From assembly GCF_000250635.1 (NCBI RefSeq), contig NC_016940.1:1416995-1480994 (forward strand): DNA of 64,000 bases. Reading direction: 5' to 3'. Made by a program: the position numbers and the translations under genes. Positions 18,081 to 28,700 of the stretch are shown piece by piece. The stretch is from Saprospira grandis str. Lewin (GTDB taxonomy: Bacteria; Bacteroidota; Bacteroidia; Chitinophagales; Saprospiraceae). Within the stretch, counting starts at the first letter, position 1; each line of letters begins with the position of its first letter. Below the pieces are notes generated by a model. That model saw only the letters and a list, made by a program, of their open reading frames with translations, did not search any database and was not told the origin of the DNA.

Positions 18081-19484
18081 ATGCCAGTTGCAACGCATAC
18101 GTTTAATGAGGGGGAGCAGACCGTAGTGCTGCACCTGCAGATTGCCAAGAATGAATACATGAGCTTGGTGGATAAGAAGCTAAAGGAAGTTCGTAAAAAC
18201 TTTCAGCAGCCCGGTTTCCGCCCCGGCAAAGCCCCTATGGGCCTATTGCGTAAGAAGTTTGGGAATGAAATCCTTTGGGATGAGGTAAACAAGCTTTTGG
18301 ACCAAGAAGTACGTGCTTTCATCCAAGAAAAAGAACTCAAGGTATTGGGTAACCCCATGCCTCAGAATAGCCTAGAAACCAACATCAACAAACCTGTAGA
18401 TGTACAACTAGATATTGAGATTGGTTATATGCCCAAGCAAGAGATTGCTGGCATTAGCGAAGAAACCGCTTTTCCTTTCTACAAAGTAGAAATGAGCGAA
18501 ACAGAACTAGCTGAAGAGATCGAGGCACAGCGCAAGCAGCGTAGCCAAGACCTAAGCGAAGATGCTACCGATATTCAAGACAACGATCTTTTGGAAATCA
18601 AAGTAGTGGCTAACAATGAGGGAGCTTGGACCAATGAGTCGACTATGGTGGCTATGGACAAAGCTACTGCTGATGTACAAGCTCAACTCAAAGCCATTGA
18701 GGTAGGTGGAAGCATCGTTTGCAAATTGTCTGATTTGGATACCGCCCTCACGGCAGAGCGTCGTATGGGCATGTTCTTCCCCGAAGTAGAAACAGAAGAG
18801 GAAGACGTAGAAGTAACCGTTGAAGTACTCAAAGTAAAGCGTCAGATTCCTCGCGAATTGAATGAGGAATTCTTTGCTGAGCTTTTCCCTGAGGATGAAA
18901 TCAAAACAGAAGAAGAATTTAAGGCCAAATTTGCTGAAATGGTGAGCGAGCAATTTGCTCCCGCCGCTAAGAGCATCTTCTTCCGCTATGTTTATGAGGA
19001 GTTGATGGAGAAAAACAACTTTGACCTTCCTGAGAAATTCTTGCGCAAATGGCTAGAAGAAAGCCGTGAAGAAAAGCAAGAAGAAGTAAATGACGATAAC
19101 TTTGCCGACTTTATGCGTCGTCTACGTTGGTCTTTGATCATCGATCAACTCACTAACGAGCACAATGTAGAAGTAAGCAAAGAAGAAGTAGAGCATGCTA
19201 TCCGTATGGCTATCGCTCGTCAGTACAACTTCCAGATTCCTCCTTACCACCCCATCATGGACAGCCAAATCGAGAACTTGATGAAGGATGAGGCTACTGT
19301 TCGTCAGTTTGGAGAGCAAGTACAAGAACAAAAAGTATTTGATGCACTCCTTCCCCTCTTTGGCAAAGCCGAAGAAACTGTAGACGCCGCCAAATTTGAC
19401 GAAATCTACAAGGCTCGCTTCGAGCAAAACGAAGAAGCTACAGAAGAAGTAGTGGAAGAAGTAGAAGCCGAAGAAGCAGAATAA
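18081..19484 (+). CDS. tig: trigger factor (ribosome-associated chaperone / PPIase)
   Basis: 467 aa. N-terminal GFRPGKAP ribosome-binding signature (GFRxGxxP) and a highly acidic C-terminal tail. Confidence 0.9.
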   Translation: MPVATHTFNEGEQTVVLHLQIAKNEYMSLVDKKLKEVRKNFQQPGFRPGKAPMGLLRKKFGNEILWDEVNKLLDQEVRAFIQEKELKVLGNPMPQNSLETNINKPVDVQLDIEIGYMPKQEIAGISEETAFPFYKVEMSETELAEEIEAQRKQRSQDLSEDATDIQDNDLLEIKVVANNEGAWTNESTMVAMDKATADVQAQLKAIEVGGSIVCKLSDLDTALTAERRMGMFFPEVETEEEDVEVTVEVLKVKRQIPRELNEEFFAELFPEDEIKTEEEFKAKFAEMVSEQFAPAAKSIFFRYVYEELMEKNNFDLPEKFLRKWLEESREEKQEEVNDDNFADFMRRLRWSLIIDQLTNEHNVEVSKEEVEHAIRMAIARQYNFQIPPYHPIMDSQIENLMKDEATVRQFGEQVQEQKVFDALLPLFGKAEETVDAAKFDEIYKARFEQNEEATEEVVEEVEAEEAE

Positions 19485-19520
19485 CTACTGTCACATATAT
19501 AGGCCAAGGCCTAAAGCTAA

Positions 19521-19557
19521 GAGCAGAACTACGAAATGTAGTTCTGCTCTTTTTTTA
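19521..19557 (+). terminator. rho-independent terminator after tig
   Basis: GAGCAGAACTAC-gaaat-GTAGTTCTGCTC followed by TTTTTTT. Confidence 0.7.
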
Positions 19558-19740
19558 TCTAAATGTTAAAATGCATTGATAAAATGTTAATAAATAGGGT
19601 ACCTTATTGCAAAAAGCTAAAAATCAGCCCTTTTTATTTTGAACATTTAAACAATATCTTAATTTTGTACTTATAAAAAGTACTGTTGCATTTACAGCAG
19701 TAGAACTCCACGACCATGCCCCCTCATAAAACAAACTGCT

Positions 19741-20076
19741 ATGCCTACACCAGTCAACAAAAGTTATCATTTTTCTGATCAGGAAACTGAGATTCAGTTT
19801 CAGTTTAAAGACCTGCGCAAAATTGTTTTAGATCTTCGTGCCCTTAATCATGAGCTGAGGCAAAAAATTGTTCAGCTGCTTTTAGCCAATGGACCAATGA
19901 CTGTCACCCAACTCTACGTTAAGCTAAGAATTGAGCAATCTGTGGCCTCTCAGCATTTGGCGATTCTTAGAAAAGCCAATATTGTTGTGGCCGAAAGAGA
20001 AGGTAAGTTTATTCATTACCACATCCATCAAGAACAACTAGAAGCCGTCAAAGCACTGCTTTTGGGCCTACAGTAA
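19741..20076 (+). CDS. ArsR/SmtB-family HTH transcriptional regulator
   Basis: 111 aa. Winged-helix pattern LRALNHELRQKIVQLL...QSVASQHLAILRKANIVVAEREGK. A possible TAATTTTG -7 box sits at about 19660. Confidence 0.7.
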   Translation: MPTPVNKSYHFSDQETEIQFQFKDLRKIVLDLRALNHELRQKIVQLLLANGPMTVTQLYVKLRIEQSVASQHLAILRKANIVVAEREGKFIHYHIHQEQLEAVKALLLGLQ

Positions 20077-20164
20077 ATACACCTCTTTCCACCCTTCCAA
20101 AACTATTACCACTATGGCTGCATCTACTCTTTCGGGACTGTTCAGGATTTTGTGTATCAGAATA

Positions 20165-21465
20165 AAATTTGGTCAATAGAGACTAGGAGGCGAGTGGTAA
20201 AATTTAGATGACCCGGTCAGGGAAACAGACACAAAGCTGGCTGAAAACTTTGGTCCAACCAGCTCGTTTGACCTTCCATCGTTTTTGAATTTGCATAGCG
20301 GCTAAATAGATAGATTTTATGGCCGCAGCATCATTTGGAAATGAGCGTTTGTTATTGGTATATTTTCTCAGGCCAGCATTAAAGCCTTCAATAATATTTG
20401 TGGTATAAATAAGCTTTCTGATTTCTTGAGGATAGTATAAAAAGACAGTGAGATTGTCCCAGTTTTTCTCCCAAGATTTAATGATGTAAGGATAGCGATC
20501 ACCCCATTTTTCTTCAAAATCTTGAAGCCGATTTCTGGCCTCAGCTTCATTAGGAGCTGTATAAATGAGCTTAATATCTTTGGCCACTTTTCTTCTATTA
20601 GAGGCTTCAACAACCTTCATAGAATTGCGAATTTGATGGACCACACAAATTTGATGAGCTGCCTGAGGAAAGACGGCCTCAACGCTTTGGTCCAAGCCAG
20701 CTAGATTGTCTGAGCAGATAAATAAAACATCCTTTACCCCTCTTGTTTTAATGTCATTCAAAGTTGTAGCCCAATTTGCAGCAGTCTCTTTTTCAAAGAG
20801 ATACATGCCAATAATGTCTTGGTAGCCTGCTAAATTAACCCCAAGGACAATCATGCAAACCTTGCTCTTAATCTGCCCATCTTCTCTAATTTTATAGTGA
20901 ATCCCATCAATCCAAAGAATCGCATATTTCTCATCAAGAACCCGATTTTGCCACTCTCGAATACTATCTAAGAGGCTATTAGTAATGGTTGTAATTTGAC
21001 TCTTAGAGTACTGCTGCCCATAAATTTCATCCATATACTCTACTATATCAGACAGGCTCATACCTTTAGCATACAATAGTGTAATCACACTCTCCAGCTT
21101 AGCCGTCATCGACTTGTGTTTGGGGACCGTTACAGGGTCAAATTTACCCTCTCGATCTCTTGGTATTTCTATTTGTAATTTGCCACTTTCCGTCTTGATC
21201 TTCTTTGAAGAATGGCCATTTCTGCGATTTTCTCCTTGGACTTCTTCGCCACGAGCATACCCTAAATGCGCTGACATTTCTCCTTCTAACAAACTTTGAA
21301 TTCCTCGTTTTTTGAGGTCATCTGTTAGCTTGTCTAGCTCCTCAATGTTCTTCACATCTCCTAGTAGGCGGTTTAATAACTCTTCTTGTTTCTTGTCCAT
21401 AGCGGTACTTTTTTTCTAAGTAATTAAATTGATATTAAACCTCCTAATCTTTACCCCTTTTTTTG
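20165..21465 (-). mobile_element. IS256-family insertion sequence (boundaries approximate)
   Basis: A single mutator-type transposase gene flanked by imperfect terminal inverted repeats (GACTAGGAGG... at the left end; reverse complement GATTAGGAGG... at the right end). AT-rich compared with flanks. Confidence 0.6.
20204..21400 (-). CDS. IS256-family (mutator-type) transposase
   Basis: 398 aa with the typical IS256 transposase architecture (DxxH, CVVHQIRNS, D/E-rich catalytic core). Confidence 0.85.
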   Translation of the reverse strand: MDKKQEELLNRLLGDVKNIEELDKLTDDLKKRGIQSLLEGEMSAHLGYARGEEVQGENRRNGHSSKKIKTESGKLQIEIPRDREGKFDPVTVPKHKSMTAKLESVITLLYAKGMSLSDIVEYMDEIYGQQYSKSQITTITNSLLDSIREWQNRVLDEKYAILWIDGIHYKIREDGQIKSKVCMIVLGVNLAGYQDIIGMYLFEKETAANWATTLNDIKTRGVKDVLFICSDNLAGLDQSVEAVFPQAAHQICVVHQIRNSMKVVEASNRRKVAKDIKLIYTAPNEAEARNRLQDFEEKWGDRYPYIIKSWEKNWDNLTVFLYYPQEIRKLIYTTNIIEGFNAGLRKYTNNKRSFPNDAAAIKSIYLAAMQIQKRWKVKRAGWTKVFSQLCVCFPDRVI

Positions 21466-21801
21466 CCCATACACAAAATTTTAAACAGTCTCACTCTTTC
21501 TGACGATAATACGAATCCCTTCAACTTAGACAGTTTAGCAAAAGCAAACCAAACTATCCGCGCCTTGGCGCATGCCCTTCGTCTAGATATTCTATCTTAT
21601 ATTGACCAACATCCAGGCACAAATGTGAATAGTATTTATAATGCTTTAGAACTCGAGCAATCAATTACCTCTCAGCATTTGCGCATTCTTCGCCAAGCAG
21701 AATTGGTCAATTGTGTGCGAGAAGGAAAACAGATTCTCTATAGTCTTAACTACCCCAGACTGCATTCGTTACAGTCTGCGATCCAAGAATTTTTAAAATA
21801 A
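21463..21801 (+). CDS. ArsR/SmtB-family HTH transcriptional regulator (paralogue of 19741..20076)
   Basis: 112 aa. LAHALRLDILSYI...QSITSQHLRILRQAELVNCVREGK. Start uncertain because the N-terminus abuts or overlaps the IS right end. Confidence 0.6.
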   Translation: MPIHKILNSLTLSDDNTNPFNLDSLAKANQTIRALAHALRLDILSYIDQHPGTNVNSIYNALELEQSITSQHLRILRQAELVNCVREGKQILYSLNYPRLHSLQSAIQEFLK

Positions 21802-21887
21802 TGCCCTTTTTTTCTTAGGGTCCAAGAAAACAAAAGCTCCTGCGAGAATCTCGCAGGAGCTTTTTCTGGTCCAAAATGAAGCCTTCG

Positions 21888-22409
21888 CTAAAAACGCTCC
21901 TTAAAGTCCAACCGGTTTTTGTCTTTTTGGTAAATGCTCGTCTTGACACTACGCTTGCCCGTTTTGCTATCTACAGACTCTTGCTCAAAACGCAAAAGCT
22001 CGTTTTTATAGGATAAGCGCCCCCCTAAGTTTTGGCCAAAGTCTTCACCTACTTGCAAAAGATAACTCAAGCTCTCTACTTTGGCGCCCTTTTTCTTAAA
22101 GGAAACCGCATCTACGGTAATCATTTTTCCAGCCTCTTTTTTGCTGGCATAAAGCAATACCCAGCCCTTTTTTAAGGCAATTTTACCCAAGGGAAAATAA
22201 TTGGTCCCGGCAGGAATATAGCCCAAACCCAATTTGGCCACTTCTGAAGCAGGCAAGGCCTGCGCCGATTGGCTACAGATTTTTTCTAGTTGCTCGGCCT
22301 CTAAACTGCCCGAAAAATCTTTAAAATGGCCCAATAAAGCCTCATCAATTTGTGCAGAAAGCCCTAGGCTCAACAACATGCTCAGAGAAAATAATAGGAA
22401 GTTTTTCAT
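21888..22409 (-). CDS. hypothetical secreted protein
   Basis: 173 aa with signal peptide MKNFLLFSLSMLLSLGLSAQ. Co-directional with the downstream nuclease-family gene. Confidence 0.45.
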   Translation of the reverse strand: MKNFLLFSLSMLLSLGLSAQIDEALLGHFKDFSGSLEAEQLEKICSQSAQALPASEVAKLGLGYIPAGTNYFPLGKIALKKGWVLLYASKKEAGKMITVDAVSFKKKGAKVESLSYLLQVGEDFGQNLGGRLSYKNELLRFEQESVDSKTGKRSVKTSIYQKDKNRLDFKERF

Positions 22410-22447
22410 CTTTTCGTTTTTTTATGCGTTTCCTACAAAAAGAAGGC

Positions 22448-23563
22448 CTACTCATAGATTAGGTCCACATAAATAGGCAAATGATCGCTAAATCCACCCA
22501 AAAACTTGGGCCCGCCATAGGTCCGAAAGGGCTGCAAGCCCATATACGCCCGATCTTCTTCTAGTAAAAAACGAGCAGAAAAAATTTGTGCCCCCAAAGG
22601 AGCGGCCCGCAAACGCCCTTTGCGGCTTTCCTGAACCAAAGGCGTAGACACCACCATATGGTCTAAGGTGCCCCAATGCCCCCTAAATTTATGCGAGCCC
22701 AATTGCCAATTCTTAGAAAGGGCGTGCATATAATTATACATATCGCCCGGCCCCAAGTCTTCTTTTTCGGGCACAGCACGCAGTACTTCGGTCAATGAAA
22801 TATTTTCGGCCTCATCGTTAAAATCTCCCATAACGGCTATCTTAGCCTCCGGGCTCGCCTTGTAAATAGAGTCTATTTTGGCCCGAACCAAGCCCGCCAC
22901 AAAAACCCGTTTGGGCTCGCTGGCCGCCTGTCCCCCTCTTCGAGAAGGCCAGTGATTGACAAAAATGTGCAGGCTGTCTTTGCTCCCCAATACTTTGCCG
23001 CAAACATAAAGAACATCCCGCGTTTTGACCGCCGTATCAAAGGGAAAAACCACCCGAATAGGCTCATGATGCAAGACCTCAAATTTGTCGGAGCGATAAA
23101 TAAAGCCCACATCAATTCCCCGCCGATCAGGCGATTCTTCATGCACAATTTTATAGCGAAATTTCTGCAAAGGGGTCAAACGAAGCAGATCTTCCAATAC
23201 TTTTCGGTTTTCTAGCTCGCAAAATCCCACCATTTCGGGCGGGCCGCCCCAGCCCCCTAGGGCCGTCAACACCTTATAAATATTGCTCAATTTCTGTTTA
23301 TAACGGAAATAGCTCCAGCCCTTCAGGCCCCTTGGCGTAAACTCATCGTCTCGTTTTTTGGGGTCATCTTCTGTATCAAAAAGGTTCTCGACATTATAAA
23401 AGGTAAGGCGAACGGCCCGCCCTTGTCGGGGTCCATCATCAAAGTTTTTGAGGCCCAATTTGAGGGCGCCTTCTTCGGCTGCACGGGCCGCACTGCTGTC
23501 TGCCTGGGCCGAAAGCTGCCAAAAACTAGCACAACACCATAGTAAAGCTAGATAATACCGCAT
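22448..23563 (-). CDS. endonuclease/exonuclease/phosphatase (EEP) family secreted protein
   Basis: 371 aa with signal peptide. N-terminal LTFYNVENLFD and C-terminal SDHLPIYVDL motifs, typical of the EEP fold. Confidence 0.7.
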   Translation of the reverse strand: MRYYLALLWCCASFWQLSAQADSSAARAAEEGALKLGLKNFDDGPRQGRAVRLTFYNVENLFDTEDDPKKRDDEFTPRGLKGWSYFRYKQKLSNIYKVLTALGGWGGPPEMVGFCELENRKVLEDLLRLTPLQKFRYKIVHEESPDRRGIDVGFIYRSDKFEVLHHEPIRVVFPFDTAVKTRDVLYVCGKVLGSKDSLHIFVNHWPSRRGGQAASEPKRVFVAGLVRAKIDSIYKASPEAKIAVMGDFNDEAENISLTEVLRAVPEKEDLGPGDMYNYMHALSKNWQLGSHKFRGHWGTLDHMVVSTPLVQESRKGRLRAAPLGAQIFSARFLLEEDRAYMGLQPFRTYGGPKFLGGFSDHLPIYVDLIYE

Positions 23564-23599
23564 TTTCTATAATTTTAAAGTAGACTAATGTATTTTTGA

Positions 23600-23935
23600 T
23601 TTGGGGCCTGCGGGCCTTTGGCCCGCCCTTACGCTTCGGGGCTCGCAGGTCTGCTCGGCCCTGCGGCGGCTGCGCCGCCTGGGTCTGGCCTTCGGCCACC
23701 CCTACGCATCAGTAGGCCGCTCATCTTTTTGGGGAGCTCGGGGCGGGGCGGCTGCGGCCGCTAATTGGTCCAGAAAGGCGCGAAGCGCCTTGGCTTAGGG
23801 ATGGAAAGCAGTGGCCCGCAGGGCCAGACCCAAGTTTTTTGAAGCGAAGCGAAAAAAACTGCAGGGCCGAGCGAACAGCGAGCTGCGACACAGCCCGACC
23901 CGACCGCAGGGAGGGGAAGCCCCAAAAAAACGACT
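23600..23935. repeat. two dispersed-repeat copies in inverted (head-to-head) arrangement
   Basis: Forward copy about 23605-23730 (GGGGCTCGCAGGTCTGCTCGGCCCTGCGGCGGCTGCGCCGCCTGGGTCTGGCC...CACCCCTACGCATC). Reverse copy about 23790-23935 (...GGGCCGAGCGAACAGCGAGCTGCGACACAGCCCGACC...CCCCAAAAAAA). Confidence 0.75.
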
Positions 23936-24022
23936 CCCCTACCCTAGCTAAATTACACAAAATGCCGGGCTCTACCTTAGCCCATCTAGAATCTTTACCC
24001 TTTTTTAATTTGCGCAGGAAAA

Positions 24023-25717
24023 ATGAAAGCTTGGAAACTTCGGTCTTTTAATAGCACTACCGCTCAGCAGCTACAAGAGGCGCTGAAGGTGCATCCTGTT
24101 TTTTGCCAGTTGTTGGTCCAAAGAGAGGTGCATAATTTTGAGCAGGCCAAGGCCTTTTTTCGGCCCAATTTGGCCCATTTGCATGCCCCCAATTTGCTGC
24201 AGGGCCTGCCTGCTGCCTTGGCTCGTTTGGGGCAGGCCTTGGCTAGAGGAGAAAAAACCCTGCTTTTTGCCGACTATGATGTAGACGGCCTGGCGGCCTT
24301 AGTTATTTTGCATCGGATATTGGACCAAAAGCTGCCCTTAGACTACCTTTTGCCCGATCGTTTTGAGCAGGGCTATGGCCTTTCTGTTTATGCGGTAGAG
24401 TTTGCGCAGGCCGTCAATTGCTCCCTTATTATTGCTTTAGATTGTGGCAGTAGGGACCATAAAGCTTTGGCTTTGGCCAAAAAGCTGGGCATTGATGTGA
24501 TTATTGTGGACCATCATGAATTGGCTCGTCAGCAGCAGCCCAAATCGGCCGCTTTGATCAATCCCAAGCAGGCCAACTGCAATTATCCGAATCCAGAAAT
24601 TACGGCTGCGGGCTTGGCCTTTAAACTCGCTCAGGCCTTGGTGGAGCAAGAAAATTGGTCCGAGGCGCCACTTTGGCCGCTTTTGCAGTGGGTAGCGCTC
24701 AGTTTGGCGGCAGACCAAGCCCCATTGACTGGCGAAAATCGAATTTTGGCCCATCATGGATTGCGTTTTTTAGAGGAAGAAGGCGAAGAAATTTTGCAGC
24801 AGATTCAGCAGCGTTTGGAGCGGCCTAGGCCCTATAATATGCAGGCCCTTTATTTTGGTTTGGTCCCCTTACTCAATGCGCCGGGGCGGATGGGGCATGC
24901 CCAAACCGCTGCCGATTGTTTGTTGGCCAAGGGAGAAAAAGCGCAAAAGAAGAAATTGGAGCTTTTATTTTTGCAAAATCAGGCTAGGAAAAGAGCGCAA
25001 GAAGAGGTCTATCGGGACATTCAGCGCATCTTACAAGAGCAGGGGCAATGGATGGAGCGTTCGCTTTTATTGTTAGCACAGCCCCATTGGCCCCTAGGCG
25101 TTTTGGGCATTTTGGCCAGTCGATTGAGCAAAGAATGGGGGCGGCCCTGCCTTCTTTTGGGCCAAAATAAGGCGGGAAACTGGCAGGGATCGGGGCGTTG
25201 CCCCGAGGGCCAAGAATTACTGCCTGCGGTAGAGGCTTGTTCGGCGCAATTACTGCAATATGGTGGACATAGTCGGGCCCTAGGTTTAGAGCTCAAAAAA
25301 GAAGAATTGGCTGCTTTTGAGGCCGCCCTAGAGGCCCAGCTTTATCAGCAAATGAGTAGAGGGCCAGAACCCGAGGCCATTGCCATAGATGCGCAGCTAG
25401 ATTTTTCTTTAATTGGGCCAAAATTTTGGAAACTGCTCAAGCAATTTGCGCCCTTTGGGCCGGGCAATCCCAATCCTTGTTTCATGAGCAAAAACCTTTG
25501 CGATAGTGGCTACTCCAAAGCCATCAACCAAAAGCATTTGCGTTTATTTTTGCGGCAGGGCCAAGGGAGTCCGCAAGAAGGCATTGCCTATAACTTTATG
25601 GAACATTTTGAGCAAATCAAGAGTCGCAAGCCCTTTCACCTATGCTATCAGTTAGAAGAGCATTTTTATCGGGGTCGGAGAAAGCTACAATTTGTAGCTC
25701 GGGACATTAAGTTTTAA
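24023..25717 (+). CDS. recJ: single-stranded-DNA-specific exonuclease RecJ
   Basis: 564 aa. DHH-family motifs FADYDVDG, DCGS and IVDHHE, followed by the DHHA1 region. Confidence 0.9.
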   Translation: MKAWKLRSFNSTTAQQLQEALKVHPVFCQLLVQREVHNFEQAKAFFRPNLAHLHAPNLLQGLPAALARLGQALARGEKTLLFADYDVDGLAALVILHRILDQKLPLDYLLPDRFEQGYGLSVYAVEFAQAVNCSLIIALDCGSRDHKALALAKKLGIDVIIVDHHELARQQQPKSAALINPKQANCNYPNPEITAAGLAFKLAQALVEQENWSEAPLWPLLQWVALSLAADQAPLTGENRILAHHGLRFLEEEGEEILQQIQQRLERPRPYNMQALYFGLVPLLNAPGRMGHAQTAADCLLAKGEKAQKKKLELLFLQNQARKRAQEEVYRDIQRILQEQGQWMERSLLLLAQPHWPLGVLGILASRLSKEWGRPCLLLGQNKAGNWQGSGRCPEGQELLPAVEACSAQLLQYGGHSRALGLELKKEELAAFEAALEAQLYQQMSRGPEPEAIAIDAQLDFSLIGPKFWKLLKQFAPFGPGNPNPCFMSKNLCDSGYSKAINQKHLRLFLRQGQGSPQEGIAYNFMEHFEQIKSRKPFHLCYQLEEHFYRGRRKLQFVARDIKF

Positions 25718-25721
25718 CAAA

Positions 25722-25757
25722 AAAGCGCTAAGCCCTTGGGGCTTAGCGCTTTTTTAG
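25722..25757. terminator. bidirectional rho-independent terminator between recJ and the giant repeat-protein gene
   Basis: AAAAAAGCGCTAAGCCC-ttgg-GGCTTAGCGCTTTTTT; an A-run on one side and a T-run on the other. Confidence 0.7.
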
Positions 25758-25776
25758 GTCTTTTTTGGGCCAGAAA

Positions 25777-28700
25777 TTAGTTCAAATCATTTTCCATTAG
25801 GCCGCCACCATTGAGGCCAGCTCCTAGGTCCATTTGGACCTCTAACTGGTTAATCAGGCTTTCACCAGCTTTAAGACTTAGGCTAGCAAAATCGACAGTA
25901 ATATCTCGGCTATTGCCGCCATCTTCTACAGGCACCGAAAACTGTCCAGCTTGTAGCTTTACCTCTCGGCTACTTTCTAAGTACTCGAAAGAATTGGAGC
26001 TAAACTTCAGGTCGGCAATTTGGAACTCCACAGCTGCTTGGTGGAGCCAATTGGCTTGACTATCGGAGGTATAGAAAGCGCCATTTCCTTGAATTTGGAG
26101 TTGGCTATCTTGGTAGCTATAGCTTCCTTGGAGCGTAAACTCATCATTGGTCATGCTAAGATAATCGAGTAGGGCTTTGGGTTCGGAGCTACCGCCCTTA
26201 GTAAAGCCGAGTTGGTCCTCGATACCTTCATAAACCATATTGAGTTCCTCGAAGGCTTCAAAATGTTCCTCTTGAGCCATTTCGAGTTCCTCCTGTAATT
26301 CGTCTAATTCTGCTCGGATCTCTTCTAATTCGCTTTGTTCCTCTGCGGACAATTGATTTTCTCGGGCTTCTAGCCCTTCTTTAGCGATCGTTTTCTCCTT
26401 AATTTGATCTTGGAGATCTAGGGTCGCATCTTCTGCAGAATAGAAAAGCTCTTGATCTTGGGCCACCACATCGGTGTACTCAAAAAGCAGGTCTAGTACC
26501 GGATCGTATTGGTTGAGTAAAGAAAGGCTATTCACATCTCCATCTTCAATCAGACCTGCTTCGAGTTGCTCATGTATTTTTTCTACTGCGCTATATTCGG
26601 CATTACCAGAGCCCACGCCATCTACGCCTGTATTTCCGGCTAGGACCTCTTGAATTCCGGCGGTATATCCGGCTTGGAAGCCCTCCTTATATTGTTGGAA
26701 AAAGGGTTGGATTTGGCTTTGGTAAAGCGCTTGAAAATTAGCTTTTAGTTGTTTGCGAATAGATTTATCGAGGCTACGTTTGCCCTCCTTATCTAGTTCG
26801 GCAATAAAATTATCGTATTCTGTTTGTAGGGCCAGTACTTGGTCCTCGATATAATCATTTTGGTTTTGGCCTGGGGCCAAAGCGGTAGGATGTTCTTGTC
26901 CAAAAATGCGCTCAAGGTCTTTATAGGCATTAGTCACCTCTGTGGCTAAGGCTTTATCCTCTTCTGAGGCAGAAGTTTGTTGTAAAGCCTCTGACTTCTC
27001 TTTTTTGATGAGTTCATTTAAGGCCTTTCTCATCTCGCCAACTAGGCGGTAGCGGCCTTTCTCCATTTCGGCAGAAGAGGCATTTGGGCTTTTATAAGAG
27101 TCATCGATGAGGAGTTCGCGAGCTTTTTCATAGCCTAGAACATACTTATCTTGACCAACATTACCAGCGGCGGCCAGCAATTGGTTTTGATAATCGGTTG
27201 CTTCGGCTAGGGCGGCTCCTTCCTCGGCGGTATCTGAATTATTGATTCCTTCTACCAGGCCTTTTCTGGCTCCACGGATATAGCCTTCTTTAAAGTTTTG
27301 CAGTTGTTTTTCCCATTCGGCGATTGCGCTGCGCAAGAACTGTTTCTCTTCATTAGACAGCTGTTCTGAGAGTAAGCCTTCGGCCTGTTTGCTCAATTCT
27401 GCGCTTAATTCCTGATAATTTTCTAGGGGCGTAGCATTTTGGTCAAAGCTAAGCAGGCTTTGAGCTTGGCCTTCAATTTGGGCCAGCAACGCTGGGATTT
27501 GGCTATCCTCTAATTCTTCGGCGGCAGCTTGGCCCGACTCTTTAGCGGCCTGAATAATTTGGGGTACAAATGCTTTCAGGTCTTCGAGCATAGTAGGCAC
27601 ACCATTGGCTTCAAACTCTCCTTGGAGGTTGGCCATTTGGCTCGGGCTAGCTTGGCGTTGATCTCGTCCATAGGCATAGCCTTTTTCATAGGCGCTGGCA
27701 TAGGCATCGCCCAGCGTGCTGCGTAGCTCCTCTATTCTTTGGTCGAGGACAGAGCCTGACTTTTTGGTTTCTCCCTTAATTGTTTGGTTCAGGCCATCTT
27801 GGCGACCATTTGTACGGCCGAGGTGGAACTGTCCTTCTAATTCAGAAGCATAAGAGAGGCTAGGATCTTTGGGCGTATAGCTTAATTCTTCAAAATTATC
27901 GCCTTCTTTTTCGTTGGTAGCGGCTAGATAGCCTTGTTGATACCCTAGGTTATAGGCTTCTCCCTTATCAAAAAGATATTGGTAACCTTCTAAGAAGCCC
28001 TCTTGTGTGGGGGCATCTAATTCTGCGGCGACCGTTTCTTTGGTGGCTTCAAAGCTCTCGCCATTCAGCAAGGCCTTTTTATGTGCTTCAATATCTTTTC
28101 GGGCAGTTTCTTGGCCCAGCTGATAGCCTCTATCGTGGCCACCGCCTTGCATTTTTCGGCTCACCTCTTCCGTAGAGATCAGGCCAGCTTGCAGCATTTG
28201 GGCCATCTTATAGCCTTCTGCGCGACCGGCATTAAAGGCGGCAAGCGTATTCTTATCGGCTTGGGCATATTCTGCATCCTTGCCAGCGGCAGCGGCCAGC
28301 GCCTCTTCTTGTCCTGCTAGCGGAGGATAGCCCTCCAAAGACTGATAGCCAAAGAGCAGACCATCTTGGCGGGCTTTTTCGGCATTATCTTCTTTGGCCA
28401 CCTTGGCGGTAGCATCATCTAATGCTTGCTGGTAGCCTTTTTCGATTTCGGTCATTTGGCGATCCACCTCTGCTTGGGGATCTTCATTACTGCTGCCTTT
28501 TTTTGTATTGGCGGCTGTTTTTTGGGCCTGCTCTTCTAGCTCTTTGCGTTTTTTGGCCAATGCGGCCTGCATTTTGGCGGCTTTTTGGGCTAAGATCTCA
28601 TTGGCTTGAGCTTTAGCGGCCTCTGCAGTTTGGGCTTCGGGGGCTTCCTCATCGCCATAAAGCTTTAAGCTTCCGCTCAGTTCTTCAGTTAGTTGGCCAC

